Shown here: positions 11,984-21,638 of the stretch, one piece after another
How positions within the stretch are numbered: position 1 is the stretch's first letter
How the letters are laid out: every line of letters starts with the position of its first letter
Assembly: GCA_963770565.1 (NCBI GenBank)
Contig: CAVYQE010000001.1
Coordinates: 640,001-704,000 of the forward strand
Length of the DNA: 64,000 nucleotides
Reading direction: 5' to 3'
Origin: an uncultured Actinomycetota bacterium
Lineage (GTDB): Bacteria; Actinomycetota; Actinomycetes; JAFAQI01
Position numbers and translations under genes: made by a program
Notes under the pieces: generated by a model
The model's input: only the letters and a program-made list of their open reading frames with translations
Database searches by the model: none
Told to the model about the DNA's origin: nothing

Positions 11984-12469
11984 GTGGCTGCGATTCCGGT
12001 GACGATCGGCGGGCTCAGCGGCGAGGCTGAGTCGCCGGCGCCGGTGCAGTTCCGGCTCGACTGGGGGCGCGGATACACGCTCTGGTTGTTCGACGTCGGG
12101 TTGGCATGCTGCGCGGTGGAGTTCGCGGCGGCGACGATGAGCCATCCTGATGTTCTCCCACCGGCGACCGAGTCGGAGCCGGCCGAGCCGCGGCGTGCGG
12201 AGCTGATGGTCGTGTCCGGGACCGTGACCGACAAGATGGCTCCCGCGATCAGCCGGGTCTACGACCGGCTGCCCGATCCGAAGTACGTCATCTCGTTCGG
12301 CTCCTGCTCGAACTGCGGTGGCCCCTACTGGGACTCCTACTGCGTGACGAAGGGCGTCGACCAGCTCGTCCCGGTGGACGTCTACGTCCCGGGCTGCCCG
12401 CCGCGGCCGGAGGCGCTCCTGGCCGGCATCCGGGCGCTCGAGGAGCGCATCACGGCGGGTGATGCATGA
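11984..12469 (+). CDS. nuoB: NuoB-family protein (second cluster)
   Basis: [27 protein letters not shown]; start uncertain. Confidence 0.9.
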   Translation: MAAIPVTIGGLSGEAESPAPVQFRLDWGRGYTLWLFDVGLACCAVEFAAATMSHPDVLPPATESEPAEPRRAELMVVSGTVTDKMAPAISRVYDRLPDPKYVISFGSCSNCGGPYWDSYCVTKGVDQLVPVDVYVPGCPPRPEALLAGIRALEERITAGDA

Positions 12470-13041
12470 GCGGTGCCGACCTGCTGGCGGTCGCGGGCGA
12501 AGGCGCGCAACTCGACGACGCGTTCGGGTGCACGACCGTCGACATCGCGCCCGCGCGCTGGGTCGAGGTGGCGCAACTGCTTCGGGACGACCCGCGCACG
12601 GCCTTCGGGTTCTTCGACTGGCTCTCGGCGTACGACGACCTCGACGCGGGGCTCGCGGTGGTCGTGCGGCTGTGGTCCGTGGCACACCGGCAGGCGGTGG
12701 TCGTGCGGACGCACGTGGCGCGGGACGGCGGGCGGCTGCCGACCCTGACCGGGGTCTGGGCCGGGGCCGACTGGCACGAGCGGGAGACCTTCGAGATGTT
12801 CGGCATCGACTTCGTGGGGCACCCCAACCTCGTGCCGCTGCTGCTGCCGAACGGCTTCGAGGGCAACCCGCTGCGCAAGGAGTTCGTGCTCGCGTCCCGG
12901 GTGGCGAAGGCCTGGCCGGGCGCGAAGGAGCCCGGCGAGTCCGACCGTGACCTGGCCGACGGCGGAGCGGCCGCGCGCGGCCGGCGTCGGGCCCGGCCAC
13001 CCGGAGTACCGGAGCCCGGCGCGTGGGGACCGCAGTCGTGA
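12466..13041 (+). CDS. nuoC: NuoC-family protein (second cluster)
   Basis: [18 protein letters not shown]...PLRKEF. Confidence 0.9.
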   Translation: MSGADLLAVAGEGAQLDDAFGCTTVDIAPARWVEVAQLLRDDPRTAFGFFDWLSAYDDLDAGLAVVVRLWSVAHRQAVVVRTHVARDGGRLPTLTGVWAGADWHERETFEMFGIDFVGHPNLVPLLLPNGFEGNPLRKEFVLASRVAKAWPGAKEPGESDRDLADGGAAARGRRRARPPGVPEPGAWGPQS

Positions 13042-13457
13042 CCGGGCCCGAGGTGATCCAGCCCGACCTGCCGCCCCGCAGCCGCGGCGTCATCGCCTTG
13101 CTCGAGGACAACTGCACATCGTGCATGCTCTGCGCGCGCGAGTGCCCTGACTGGTGCATCTACATCGACTCGCACGCCGAGACCGTCCCGGCGCCGACGG
13201 CCGGCGGCCGCGATCGCGTGCGGCACGTGCTCGACCGGTTCGCGATCGACTACGCGCTGTGTATGTACTGCGGGATCTGCATCGAAGCCTGCCCGTTCGA
13301 CGCGCTGTTCTGGTCGCCGGAGTACTCCTACGCCGAGGCTGACGTGCTCGACCTCACCCAGGAGCGGGCGACGCTCGCGGCCTGGATGCCGACCGTCCCG
13401 GCGCCGGCCGACGAAGGCCCGCCCGCGCCGGCGAGTCGCCGCGCTCCGGCGCGCTGA
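13038..13457 (+). CDS. NuoI-like 2x[4Fe-4S] protein
   Basis: [12 protein letters not shown] and [12 protein letters not shown]; GTGA overlap with nuoC stop. Confidence 0.85.
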   Translation: MTGPEVIQPDLPPRSRGVIALLEDNCTSCMLCARECPDWCIYIDSHAETVPAPTAGGRDRVRHVLDRFAIDYALCMYCGICIEACPFDALFWSPEYSYAEADVLDLTQERATLAAWMPTVPAPADEGPPAPASRRAPAR

Positions 13458-13488
13458 CCGGGCGAGCGGGCCGGCGCGTCATACCGTC

Positions 13489-14469
13489 GTGGCTGTGATT
13501 CGCACCCGGCTGTACAGCGGCGGCAGCTGCGTCGACGAGAACTTCGATCCGGCCCGGATCTCCGACCACCTCGAGAAGAAGGACTGCGTGGTCTGGCTTG
13601 ATCTGGACACGCCCGACGACGACGATCTCGCGCTGCTTGCCGAGGAGTTCGGACTCAACCCGCTCGCCGTCGAGGACGCGAAGACCGAGCGGCAGCGGCC
13701 AAAGGTCGACCACTACGACGACCACGTGTTCATCTCGCTGTACGACGTTGCGCTCGCCGGCCAGATGGGCGAGCTCAGTGCGCACGAGCTGGCCATCTTT
13801 GCCGCGCCGCGCTACCTGATCACGGTCCGCAAGACGCCGGGCTACTCGATGGACCCGATCGTGGCCCGCTGGGACGACAACAAGAATCTCGCTAAGTACG
13901 GCGTCGGATACCTGCTGTGGGGACTGCTCGACGTCATCGTCGACGGCCACTTCGAGACCGTCCAGGCCCTCGACGAGAAGGTCGATGCCCTCGAAGACCT
14001 GTTGTTCGACGAGTCCGACACCGGCAACCAGGTCCAGCGGCTGTCGTTCGAGCTGCGCAAGTCGCTGGTGCGGATCCGGCGGGTGGTGCTGCCGACCCGC
14101 GAGGTGCTGAATGCGTTGATGCGGCGCGAGAGCGGTCTCGTCGACGACGCCCTCATGCCGTACTACCAGGACGTCTACGACCACGTCCTGCGCGCGGCCG
14201 ACTGGACCGATTCCCTGCGCGACCTGGTCTCGACCATCCTGGAGACCAACCTGACCATCCAGGGCAACCGGATGAACCTGATCATGAAGCAGGTCACGTC
14301 GTGGGCGGCGATCATCGCCGTACCGGCGGTCATCACCGGCTACTACGGCATGAACGTGCTGACCTATCCGCACGCCGGCACGAACGCCGGTGGTTACGCC
14401 GCGATCGCCATCAGCGTCGGCGTGGTGGCGGGCCTGTGGATGATGTTCCGGCGCCGGAACTGGCTGTAA
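13489..14469 (+). CDS. corA: CorA-family Mg2+/Co2+ transporter
   Basis: YYGMN signature, two C-terminal TM helices. Confidence 0.92.
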   Translation: MAVIRTRLYSGGSCVDENFDPARISDHLEKKDCVVWLDLDTPDDDDLALLAEEFGLNPLAVEDAKTERQRPKVDHYDDHVFISLYDVALAGQMGELSAHELAIFAAPRYLITVRKTPGYSMDPIVARWDDNKNLAKYGVGYLLWGLLDVIVDGHFETVQALDEKVDALEDLLFDESDTGNQVQRLSFELRKSLVRIRRVVLPTREVLNALMRRESGLVDDALMPYYQDVYDHVLRAADWTDSLRDLVSTILETNLTIQGNRMNLIMKQVTSWAAIIAVPAVITGYYGMNVLTYPHAGTNAGGYAAIAISVGVVAGLWMMFRRRNWL

Positions 14470-14476
14470 GAGGCTC

Positions 14477-14971
14477 CTAGCGGTAGTTCTCGAACTGCAG
14501 CGGGATGCCGAGGTCGGACTCGCGCAGCATCCCGATCACCGCTTGGAGGTCGTCGCGCTTCTTGCTCGACACCCGTACGGCGTCGCCCTGCACCGCGACG
14601 TGCACGCCTTTGGGCCCCTCGGTCTTGATCTTCTTCACGATGGTCCGGGCCTTGTCCGCGTCGATGCCCTGCCGGATCCCGACCGCGAGCCGCGAGGTGT
14701 TGCCACCGGCGGGCTGAGGGTCGCCATGATCGAGGGCTTTGAGCGAGACCTGGCGCTTGACCAGGCGCTCCTTGAACACCTCGAGCACGGCTTTGACCCG
14801 GTCGTCGCTGTTGGCGGTGATCACGACCCCGTCATCGCCGCTCCAGGTGATCGAGGCGCCGGTGCCCTTGAAGTCGAAGCGTTGCCCGACCTCCTTGGCC
14901 GCCTGGTTCAGGGCGTTGTCGACCTCCTGGTGATCGACCTTGCTCACCACGTCGAACGACGCATCCGCCAT
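14477..14971 (-). CDS. yajQ: YajQ-family nucleotide-binding protein
   Basis: [16 protein letters not shown]...RFDFKG...LQFENYR. Confidence 0.95.
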   Translation of the reverse strand: MADASFDVVSKVDHQEVDNALNQAAKEVGQRFDFKGTGASITWSGDDGVVITANSDDRVKAVLEVFKERLVKRQVSLKALDHGDPQPAGGNTSRLAVGIRQGIDADKARTIVKKIKTEGPKGVHVAVQGDAVRVSSKKRDDLQAVIGMLRESDLGIPLQFENYR

Positions 14972-15029
14972 GACGACCTCCTTGATGGACCGCTATTCTG
15001 ACCGTCGCGCACACCTCGGTGTGAGGCAA

Positions 15030-15111
15030 GGCGGTTTGCCCGAGTGGTCAAAGGGAGCAGACTGTAAATCTGCCGGCTCAGCCTACGATGGTTCGAACCC
15101 ATCAGCCGCCA
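15030..15111 (+). tRNA. tRNA-Tyr (GTA)
   Basis: Acceptor GGCGGTT/AGCCGCC, anticodon arm GCAGA-CTGTAAA-TCTGC, long variable arm, GGTTCGAA. Confidence 0.97.
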
Positions 15112-15196
15112 CTGATGGCCGGCCCGGATCATCGGGCCGGCCCGGCGGGGCTCTAGTTTCACGTTGGTGTCGGCCCGTTATAGCCTCGTCGCGCCC

Positions 15197-15272
15197 GCCC
15201 CCTTAGCTCAGTCGGCAGAGCGTCTCCATGGTAAGGAGAAGGTCTACGGTTCGATTCCGTAAGGGGGCTCCA
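15197..15272 (+). tRNA. tRNA-Thr (GGT)
   Basis: GCCCCCT/AGGGGGC acceptor, TCTCC-ATGGTAA-GGAGA, GGTTCGATTCC, encoded CCA. Confidence 0.97.
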
Positions 15273-15273
15273 C

Positions 15274-16056
15274 TCAACTCCGGTCGAGGACCCGCCGCGG
15301 GTGGTGACCGTCGACATAGCCCACGAACGGCGGGTGGATGCCGTAGCCGAGCAGCTCCTGCAACCGCGGCTCTAGGGTGCGGACGATGTCCGGCGGTACG
15401 GCGAGCAGGTGGTTCTCCTGTTGGCGGAGCCAGCCGGCGGCGTACTCCAGCAGGACACCGAGCCGGCTCCGATCGGTGCGGTTGGCACCGCCGCCGTGCC
15501 AGAGCGAGCCGATGATGAACAGCACCGAGCCGGCCGGCATCGTGATCGTCACCGTGTCGTCCGGATCGACCGGCACCCGGTCGGTCCAGCGGTGGCTGCC
15601 CGGTACCACCCGGGTGGCGCCGTTCTCGGCGGTGAAGTCGTCGAACGCCCACATCGAGTTGAGCACCACCTCGCCGTGCGGGCGCGGCAGCGGGTAGATC
15701 GCGTCGTCGGTGTGCAGGAACTGCGCCTTCTCGCCGGGTGCGATCTCGATCCCGGTCGGCGCGCTCAACTGGTAGCTCGGGCCCAGCGTGGCGTCGAGCA
15801 CCGAGAGCAGCAGCGGATGGACCGCAAGGTCGTCGAACACCCGGGTCTTGGCGAAGATCGCATAGATCCGCCGGGTCTGATACCCCTCGAAGTCGTTGCG
15901 GCCGGTCGGGGTGTCGTCGAGGATCTCGCGCAGACCGGCCCGGATCGCCGCAGCCCGCTCCGGGCTGAGCAGCGACTCGACCACCGAGTAGCCATCCCGG
16001 GCCAGGTCTGCCAGCACCCGCTCGGTCAGGTCCTGATCGGTACCCACCGCCGTCAT
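15274..16056 (-). CDS. Phytanoyl-CoA dioxygenase (PhyH) family Fe(II)/2-oxoglutarate dioxygenase
   Basis: HTD...H triad, ENGATRVVPGSH, LWHGGGAN, WLRQQEN. Confidence 0.9.
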   Translation of the reverse strand: MTAVGTDQDLTERVLADLARDGYSVVESLLSPERAAAIRAGLREILDDTPTGRNDFEGYQTRRIYAIFAKTRVFDDLAVHPLLLSVLDATLGPSYQLSAPTGIEIAPGEKAQFLHTDDAIYPLPRPHGEVVLNSMWAFDDFTAENGATRVVPGSHRWTDRVPVDPDDTVTITMPAGSVLFIIGSLWHGGGANRTDRSRLGVLLEYAAGWLRQQENHLLAVPPDIVRTLEPRLQELLGYGIHPPFVGYVDGHHPRRVLDRS

Positions 16057-16153
16057 GCCCGGATCGTACGACGAGGTGGCCAGGGCATCGCTCGACGGCA
16101 TCAGGTGGATTCGGCATGGAACCTTCTCGCGACCCAGGTGCTCTCATAAGGGT

Positions 16154-16672
16154 GTGGCCGCGGCCGACAGCGAGTTTGAGGCTTTCGTGGCGAGCCGCTA
16201 CGCCAGCCTTGTGCGGGCCGCAAGCCTGGTCGCGCTCGATGACATCGCCGCCGAGGATCTCGTTCAGTCCGCACTGATCCGGACCTATCTGCACTGGCCG
16301 CTCCTGCGCAGCCCGGCGGCCGCTGAGTCATACACCCAGACCACCTTCGTCCGGCTGGCACTGCGGGCGCGGCGGCGGCGATGGCGCGGGGAACGCCCGA
16401 CCGCCGAGGTGCCCGACCGCGCTGCCCCGGATGCTTACGCCGCGCGGGACGACGCCGATGCACTGCGGCGAGCGCTCGGCGAGATCTCGCCCGAGCAACG
16501 TGCCGTGCTGGTCCTGCGCTACTACCTGCAGATGACCGAGGCCGAGATCGCCTCGGCCTTGCGCTGCTCGGTCGGCACCGTCAAGAGCCGCGCGAGCCGC
16601 GCGCTGGCGGCGCTTCGCGCGAGCGGCCTGCTGTCCGATCCGGTCGCCAGTTTGGAGGGATCTGATGAGTGA
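16154..16672 (+). CDS. ECF RNA polymerase sigma factor
   Basis: AEDLVQSAL (region 2); QRAVLVLRYY...EIASALRCSVGTVKSRASRA (region 4). Confidence 0.92.
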   Translation: MAAADSEFEAFVASRYASLVRAASLVALDDIAAEDLVQSALIRTYLHWPLLRSPAAAESYTQTTFVRLALRARRRRWRGERPTAEVPDRAAPDAYAARDDADALRRALGEISPEQRAVLVLRYYLQMTEAEIASALRCSVGTVKSRASRALAALRASGLLSDPVASLEGSDE

Positions 16673-17957
16673 CCTCGACCATGAGGTCTTCGCGCTGCTC
16701 GATCGTGCGGCGGCTCGGCCCGTTGCCGACCCGCCGATCGATCGGGTCGTCGCCGGCGGTCGCCGATTGCGCCGCCGGCGCGGCGCTCAGGCCCTTGTCG
16801 GTGTCGGGATCGTGGCGGCGGCCGTGATCGCGGGTGCCGCGCTCGCCGGTCGCGCTCCGGCCGCCCGGACATCGGCCCCGGTCACCGCTCAGCCATTGGG
16901 TGGGCCTTCGGCCCAGCGGCTCGCGCACGGTCATTGGGTGTCGGTGCCGGCCGCCCCAGTCGAGCTGTGCAACCCGATGGCGGTGTGGGACGGCAGCGCT
17001 CTCGTCGTTTTCGAGGGTCCCTTCAACAAGTGTGCCCCCGTCGCAGCGGCCTACGACCCACGGTCGAACACCTGGGCAACGCTTGCGCCACCACCGTCGA
17101 CGGTCGGGGTCGAACCGGCCGCTGCTTGGGGCGGCGGACGGCTGGTCCTGATCTCGAACAAGACCGGTGCCGCCTTCGCCTGGACCCCGCGGAGTGACCA
17201 CTGGCAGCCGATCGCCGACCTTCCTGCAACCGGAGTCAGCTCGCTGACCTGGACCGGGTCGACTTTCGTCGCGATCACCGCCAACCAGACGACGACCGCG
17301 CACGCTTACCGCCTCGGTGCCGCTGGTTGGCAGTCGCTCCCCGACCTGCCACCACCGACCACAGGCGTGATCTCGTGGGCGGACGGCATGGTCGACGATG
17401 GTGCGTTCTATGCCTATGCGCTCGTCAACATCCATCACCGGAATCCCAACGACAGTTACGTCAGCGGGCACGTCGCGCTCTGGCGCCTGTCCGCAGGTCG
17501 ATGGGTCGCGGTGCACCTGTCGGCGGGTGCTCCGAAATCGGACGTGATCCTGACCGGCGTCGCTGGCGGGACGATCGCCGCTGGCTCCGCTTGTCCGGGG
17601 TTGTGCACGCTCGAGGACGCGGAGCTGTCGTTACTGCGCCCGGGTCATGACCCGTCGGTGATCCGCCTTCGCCCACCCCGGCCCTCCTCGCGGGTCCCGT
17701 ATCCGTACGACATTGCCGCTGGCGCCCAAGCGGTGGTGCTCACGTATCCGGACGGCGTCGACTCGATCGGATACATCGCGCTCCCCGGCAGTGGGCCGGC
17801 GCCCGGAACGACGGTGATTGACGACCTCGCTACGCAGACCTGGCTGGCTGGGCCGACGATCCCCGGTGCCGGCCGGGTTCACAGCGCCAGTTGGGGCACG
17901 TACTGGACGCCGTACGGCGTGCTCTCCAGCCGTTGGCTGTTGCGCCCCGCGCCATAG
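16665..17957 (+). CDS. Membrane-anchored protein with Kelch-like repeats, putative anti-sigma partner
   Basis: Overlaps sigma stop; RRLRRRR then TM helix; AYDPRSNTW, WTPRSDHWQPI, WTGS repeats. Confidence 0.65.
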   Translation: MSDLDHEVFALLDRAAARPVADPPIDRVVAGGRRLRRRRGAQALVGVGIVAAAVIAGAALAGRAPAARTSAPVTAQPLGGPSAQRLAHGHWVSVPAAPVELCNPMAVWDGSALVVFEGPFNKCAPVAAAYDPRSNTWATLAPPPSTVGVEPAAAWGGGRLVLISNKTGAAFAWTPRSDHWQPIADLPATGVSSLTWTGSTFVAITANQTTTAHAYRLGAAGWQSLPDLPPPTTGVISWADGMVDDGAFYAYALVNIHHRNPNDSYVSGHVALWRLSAGRWVAVHLSAGAPKSDVILTGVAGGTIAAGSACPGLCTLEDAELSLLRPGHDPSVIRLRPPRPSSRVPYPYDIAAGAQAVVLTYPDGVDSIGYIALPGSGPAPGTTVIDDLATQTWLAGPTIPGAGRVHSASWGTYWTPYGVLSSRWLLRPAP

Positions 17958-18085
17958 GCACGCCGACTTGATCTTCGCGGTCGCGACCGGTCTGGCGGCG
18001 TGTCGGCCTGATTTCGGTGCAGAGGCGAAGATCGGCGGATGGGCGCTGTGGCACGATGGAGCGCGGTCCCCGTCGTGGACCAAGC

Positions 18086-18159
18086 GGCGGAGTAGCTCAG
18101 CCAGGCAGAGCAAGCGGCTCATAATCGCTGTGTCGCCGGTTCAAATCCGGCCTCCGCTA
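18086..18159 (+). tRNA. tRNA-Met (CAT)
   Basis: GGCGGAG/CTCCGCT acceptor, AGCGG-CTCATAA-TCGCT, GGTTCAAATCC. Confidence 0.93.
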
Positions 18160-18244
18160 CTCCGGTGGCAGTGGGGCTATCCTGGCTGCTCGGCAGGCCG
18201 ATCCGGGCCGGCATCCCCCGCAAGGCAGCAGAAGGGTCAGCACC

Positions 18245-18409
18245 GTGGCAGCCACCGACGTCCGACCGAAGATCACGTTGGCGTGCGCCGAGTGCAAGCA
18301 CCGCAACTACATCACCAAGAAGAACCGGCGCAACGACCCCGACCGGCTGGAAATGAAGAAGTTCTGCCCTAACTGCCGCTGCCACACTATCCACCGCGAA
18401 ACCCGCTGA
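18245..18409 (+). CDS. rpmG: 50S ribosomal protein L33 (Zn-binding form)
   Basis: Manual translation [54 protein letters not shown] (below ORF cutoff). Confidence 0.97.
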   Translation: MAATDVRPKITLACAECKHRNYITKKNRRNDPDRLEMKKFCPNCRCHTIHRETR

Positions 18410-18582
18410 CTCGCGCGCTGGCTGCGTTCTCCCTCGCTTGCGGGCTTCAGCCCGCGGCGCTCAGTGCGGCCTTGCCAGCCCACGACCCACCGCGAAACGC
18501 GCTGACTCGCGCGCTGGCTGCGTTCTCCCTCGCTTGCGGGCTTCAGCCCGCGGCGCTCAGTGCGGCCTTGCCAGCCCACGAC
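18391..18582. repeat. Tandem repeat 2 x 96 bp (family A structured core)
   Basis: Units start at 18391 and 18487 and differ at one base; first unit includes the rpmG 3' end. Confidence 0.95.
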
Positions 18583-18730
18583 TCAGCGCGTTTCGCTTCC
18601 GGGTGCTACCGGTCCGACAGTGGTGGTTCGGGCCGCATGGTTGTTGCTGGTCTTCCGTTTGTTGCTGGTCTTTTTGATCTTGGTTGAGGCTTTGTCGTTG
18701 GGTTGATGCGGTCGTTGGTACGTTGCTCTT

Positions 18731-20383
18731 GTGCGGGCTGGGGCTGCTCGGGAGGCGCTTCGTCGCGCCGTACTGACCTCTGCGGTTGCTCGGCGTACCG
18801 GGGCTGACCTGACCGAAGCGGGCGAGGTTGTCCAGCAGGGGATCAGCCGGCGGCGGCTGCTGCAGGGGGCGGGCATTGCCGCGGCCGCGGTCGCGCTTCC
18901 GGTCGGCGTGGCGACCGAGGCGGCCGCGAGGCCCACGCCGCGATCGGCGAAGACCGCGCCCAAAGTGGTCATCATTGGCGCGGGCATCGCCGGCCTCGGG
19001 TGCGCCTACCGGCTGTGGCACGCCCATGGGATCCATGCCGAGGTCTACGAGTACGACGACCACGCCGGGGGTCGGATCAGGACCCTGCGCGGTCACTTCG
19101 ACGACGCCCAGCTGATCGAGGAGCACGCCGAGTTCATCAACCCCGAGCACACCGCGACGCTCGCGCTGGCCAAGCGGTTCGGGCTGACCCTCGACAACAC
19201 CGACCACTACCCGGAGCCCAATCAGGACCAGCTGAGCCTGCAGTTCGACGGCAAGCTCTGGTCGCAGAAGGCGCTCGACCGGGACTGGCACCACTTCGGC
19301 TGGAAGCTCTTCCACGACGCCGCGGTCAACAAGGCGCCCTGGCCGACGCTCTACACGCACAGCACGAAGTGGGGCCGACGCTGGGACCGGATGTCGGTGT
19401 CGGAGTGGATCGACGCGCACGTGCCGGGCGGGATCGGTGGCGATTTCGGTCAGCTGTGCATCTCCGCCGTACTCGATGAGTACGGCGGGCCGCCCGAGGA
19501 GCAGTCGGCGCTCAATCTGATCTACCTGCTCGGTGGCGACGCGAGCACGAAGAGCGGCAACCAGCCGCGCAACTCACCGGAGCTCGGCGGCGCCGACGAG
19601 AAGTGGCACCTCCACGGTGGCAACGACCAGCTGATCACCGGCATCCTCGATCGGCTGCCGGCCGGCACGGTTCGGCTGGGGGAGCGGCTGGTTGCCTTGC
19701 GGGCCAAGGGAAACGGCCGCTACGCGGTGACGTTGCACAAGGGCCATGGCACCCACGAGGTGAGCGCCGATCACGTCGTGCTGGCGCTGCCGTTCACCAC
19801 CCTGCGCGAGGTGGAGCTGCGCCACGTCGAGATTCCGGCGCTGCACCGGCGGGCCATCAACACCGAGCCGCTCGGCAGCAACGCCAAGATGTTCCTGCAG
19901 TTCAGCCACCGGGTCTGGGACGAGACGCACGACACCGGCAACGCCTACTGCGCCGGCGTGGTGCAGGGCGCCTGGGACGCCACCGGCTACCAGCCGGGCA
20001 CGACCGGCATCCTCGCGGCGCTTCCCGGCGGCACGATCGGCACCGACTGGGGCCAGCGCTACAACCTGCACGACTACCACGGGAGTGCGCCGGCCCAGAT
20101 GGTGCACGACTACCTCGCGCAGTTCGACGCGCTCTACCCGGGGCTGAGGTCGGCCTACAACGGCAAGTCCTACTACGTCTGGTCCACCGGCGACCCGCAC
20201 ATCCGCGGCGCCTACTCCTACCTCAAGGTCGGGCAGTACACCGGCTTCAACGGCATCCAGGGCCGCCGCGAGGGCAACCTGCACTTCGCCGGTGAGCACA
20301 CCTCGGTCAACTTCCAGGGCTACATCGAAGGCGGGCTGCGCAGCGGCCACCGCTGCGCGACCGAGATCGCCGGCAAGGCCTAG
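18731..20383 (+). CDS. Flavin monoamine oxidase family protein, probable Tat substrate
   Basis: SRRRLL twin-arginine motif, VVIIGAGIAGL, GGRIRT, LHFAGEHTS...GYIEGGLRSG. Confidence 0.88.
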   Translation: MRAGAAREALRRAVLTSAVARRTGADLTEAGEVVQQGISRRRLLQGAGIAAAAVALPVGVATEAAARPTPRSAKTAPKVVIIGAGIAGLGCAYRLWHAHGIHAEVYEYDDHAGGRIRTLRGHFDDAQLIEEHAEFINPEHTATLALAKRFGLTLDNTDHYPEPNQDQLSLQFDGKLWSQKALDRDWHHFGWKLFHDAAVNKAPWPTLYTHSTKWGRRWDRMSVSEWIDAHVPGGIGGDFGQLCISAVLDEYGGPPEEQSALNLIYLLGGDASTKSGNQPRNSPELGGADEKWHLHGGNDQLITGILDRLPAGTVRLGERLVALRAKGNGRYAVTLHKGHGTHEVSADHVVLALPFTTLREVELRHVEIPALHRRAINTEPLGSNAKMFLQFSHRVWDETHDTGNAYCAGVVQGAWDATGYQPGTTGILAALPGGTIGTDWGQRYNLHDYHGSAPAQMVHDYLAQFDALYPGLRSAYNGKSYYVWSTGDPHIRGAYSYLKVGQYTGFNGIQGRREGNLHFAGEHTSVNFQGYIEGGLRSGHRCATEIAGKA

Positions 20384-20464
20384 GCGGACCGCGGCGGATC
20401 CGCTGCGGTAGCGTCCGAACCGGAGTCACGCGGCCGGGGCCGCGTCGAAACGAGGGATCCGGTG

Positions 20465-20893
20465 ATGGCGACACAGGTCAACTACGACGAGGTCGAGGTC
20501 GGCACTCAACTGCCGGCGCAGACCTTCAACGTCCAGCGGTCGAACCTGGTCATGTACGCCGGCGCCTCCGGCGACTTCAACGTCATCCACTGGAACGAGC
20601 GGATCGCCAAGTCGGTGGGCCTGCCCAACGTGATCGCGCACGGCATGTTCACGATGGCCGAGGCCGGCCGGGTCGTGACCGACTGGGTGGGCGACCCGGG
20701 CGCGGTGCTCGAGTACGGCGTACGGTTCACCGCTCCGGTGCCGGTACCCGACGACGACAAGGGCACCGATGTCGAGGTGTCCGGCTGGGTCGAGAGCAAG
20801 CTCGACGACCGGCGGGTTTCAGTCGCCTTGGAAGCCAAGGCCCTTGGCGTGACCGTGCTCACCCGAGCGCGCGCCATCGTCCAGCTCGCCTAG
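20465..20893 (+). CDS. MaoC-family (HadB-like) dehydratase
   Basis: YAGASGDFNVIHW...IAHGM hydratase-2 motif. Confidence 0.92.
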   Translation: MATQVNYDEVEVGTQLPAQTFNVQRSNLVMYAGASGDFNVIHWNERIAKSVGLPNVIAHGMFTMAEAGRVVTDWVGDPGAVLEYGVRFTAPVPVPDDDKGTDVEVSGWVESKLDDRRVSVALEAKALGVTVLTRARAIVQLA

Positions 20894-20896
20894 TTT

Positions 20897-20981
20897 CCAA
20901 GCAATGTCACATTGCCCCGGCAAAGCCGGGGGCAATGTGACAGCACCCCCCAGAATCCGGGGGCAATGTGACATTGCTTGG
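20897..20981. repeat. 85-bp palindromic element (family B, copy 1)
   Basis: Terminal IR CCAAGCAATGTCACATTGCCC / GGGCAATGTGACATTGCTTGG. Confidence 0.92.
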
Positions 20982-20990
20982 GCCGCGGGC

Positions 20991-21019
20991 TTGACAGTTA
21001 GTGAGTGAGCGCTTAACTT
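20991..21019 (+). promoter_or_regulatory. SigA-type promoter of tetR with operator-like sequence in spacer
   Basis: TTGACA-17 bp-TAACTT; AGTGAGTGA in spacer. Confidence 0.65.
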
Positions 21020-21026
21020 ACTAAGC

Positions 21027-21599
21027 GTGATGGCCCCAGCGACCCGGATGACCGCGGCCGAGCGGCGCGCCGACGTGCTGCGGGCCGCAGTCGGCCCGTT
21101 CGCCAAGGGCGGCTACCACGGCACCTCGACCGAGGACGTCGCTCGGGCCGCCGGGATCAGCCAGCCGTACCTGTTCCGGCTCTTCCCGACCAAGAAGGAG
21201 CTGTTCCTGGCGCTGGTCGCGCAGGGCTTCGGCCGGGTTCGCGAGGCGTTCATCGAGGCGGTCGGCGATCTGACCGGCGAGGACGCGATGCACGCGATGG
21301 GCGAGGCCTACAGCGAGCTGCTTCGCGACCGCGACGAGCTCATGCTGCAGATGCATGCCTACGGCGCCTGCGGCGACGACGAGATCGCGGAAGCTACCCG
21401 GTATGAGTTCGGCCGGCTCTGGCGCGAGGTGGCTCGGCTGTCGGGGGCGAACGACGAGGAGATGCAGCAGTTCTTTGCGATGGGCATGCTCATGAACGTG
21501 ATCGCGTCGATGGACGCGACCAGTCACAGCTCGGCCTGGATCAAGGCCTGCCTGCCGCCCGCATGGCTGTCCCCGGAGTGGGACGAGCAACCCAGCTAG
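21027..21599 (+). CDS. TetR-family transcriptional regulator
   Basis: GYHGTSTEDVARAAGISQPYLFRLFPTKKELF HTH. Confidence 0.95.
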   Translation: MMAPATRMTAAERRADVLRAAVGPFAKGGYHGTSTEDVARAAGISQPYLFRLFPTKKELFLALVAQGFGRVREAFIEAVGDLTGEDAMHAMGEAYSELLRDRDELMLQMHAYGACGDDEIAEATRYEFGRLWREVARLSGANDEEMQQFFAMGMLMNVIASMDATSHSSAWIKACLPPAWLSPEWDEQPS

Positions 21600-21620
21600 G
21601 TAAAAAAATTTCGACCGCAA

Positions 21621-21638
21621 AGTGAGTGATGACTCACT
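21621..21638. promoter_or_regulatory. Palindromic putative TetR operator
   Basis: AGTGAGT-GATG-ACTCACT between tetR and MFS gene. Confidence 0.65.

Noticed and set aside
15197-18159. Integrative element at tRNA-Thr
   Set aside because: No integrase and no duplicated tRNA 3' end seen.
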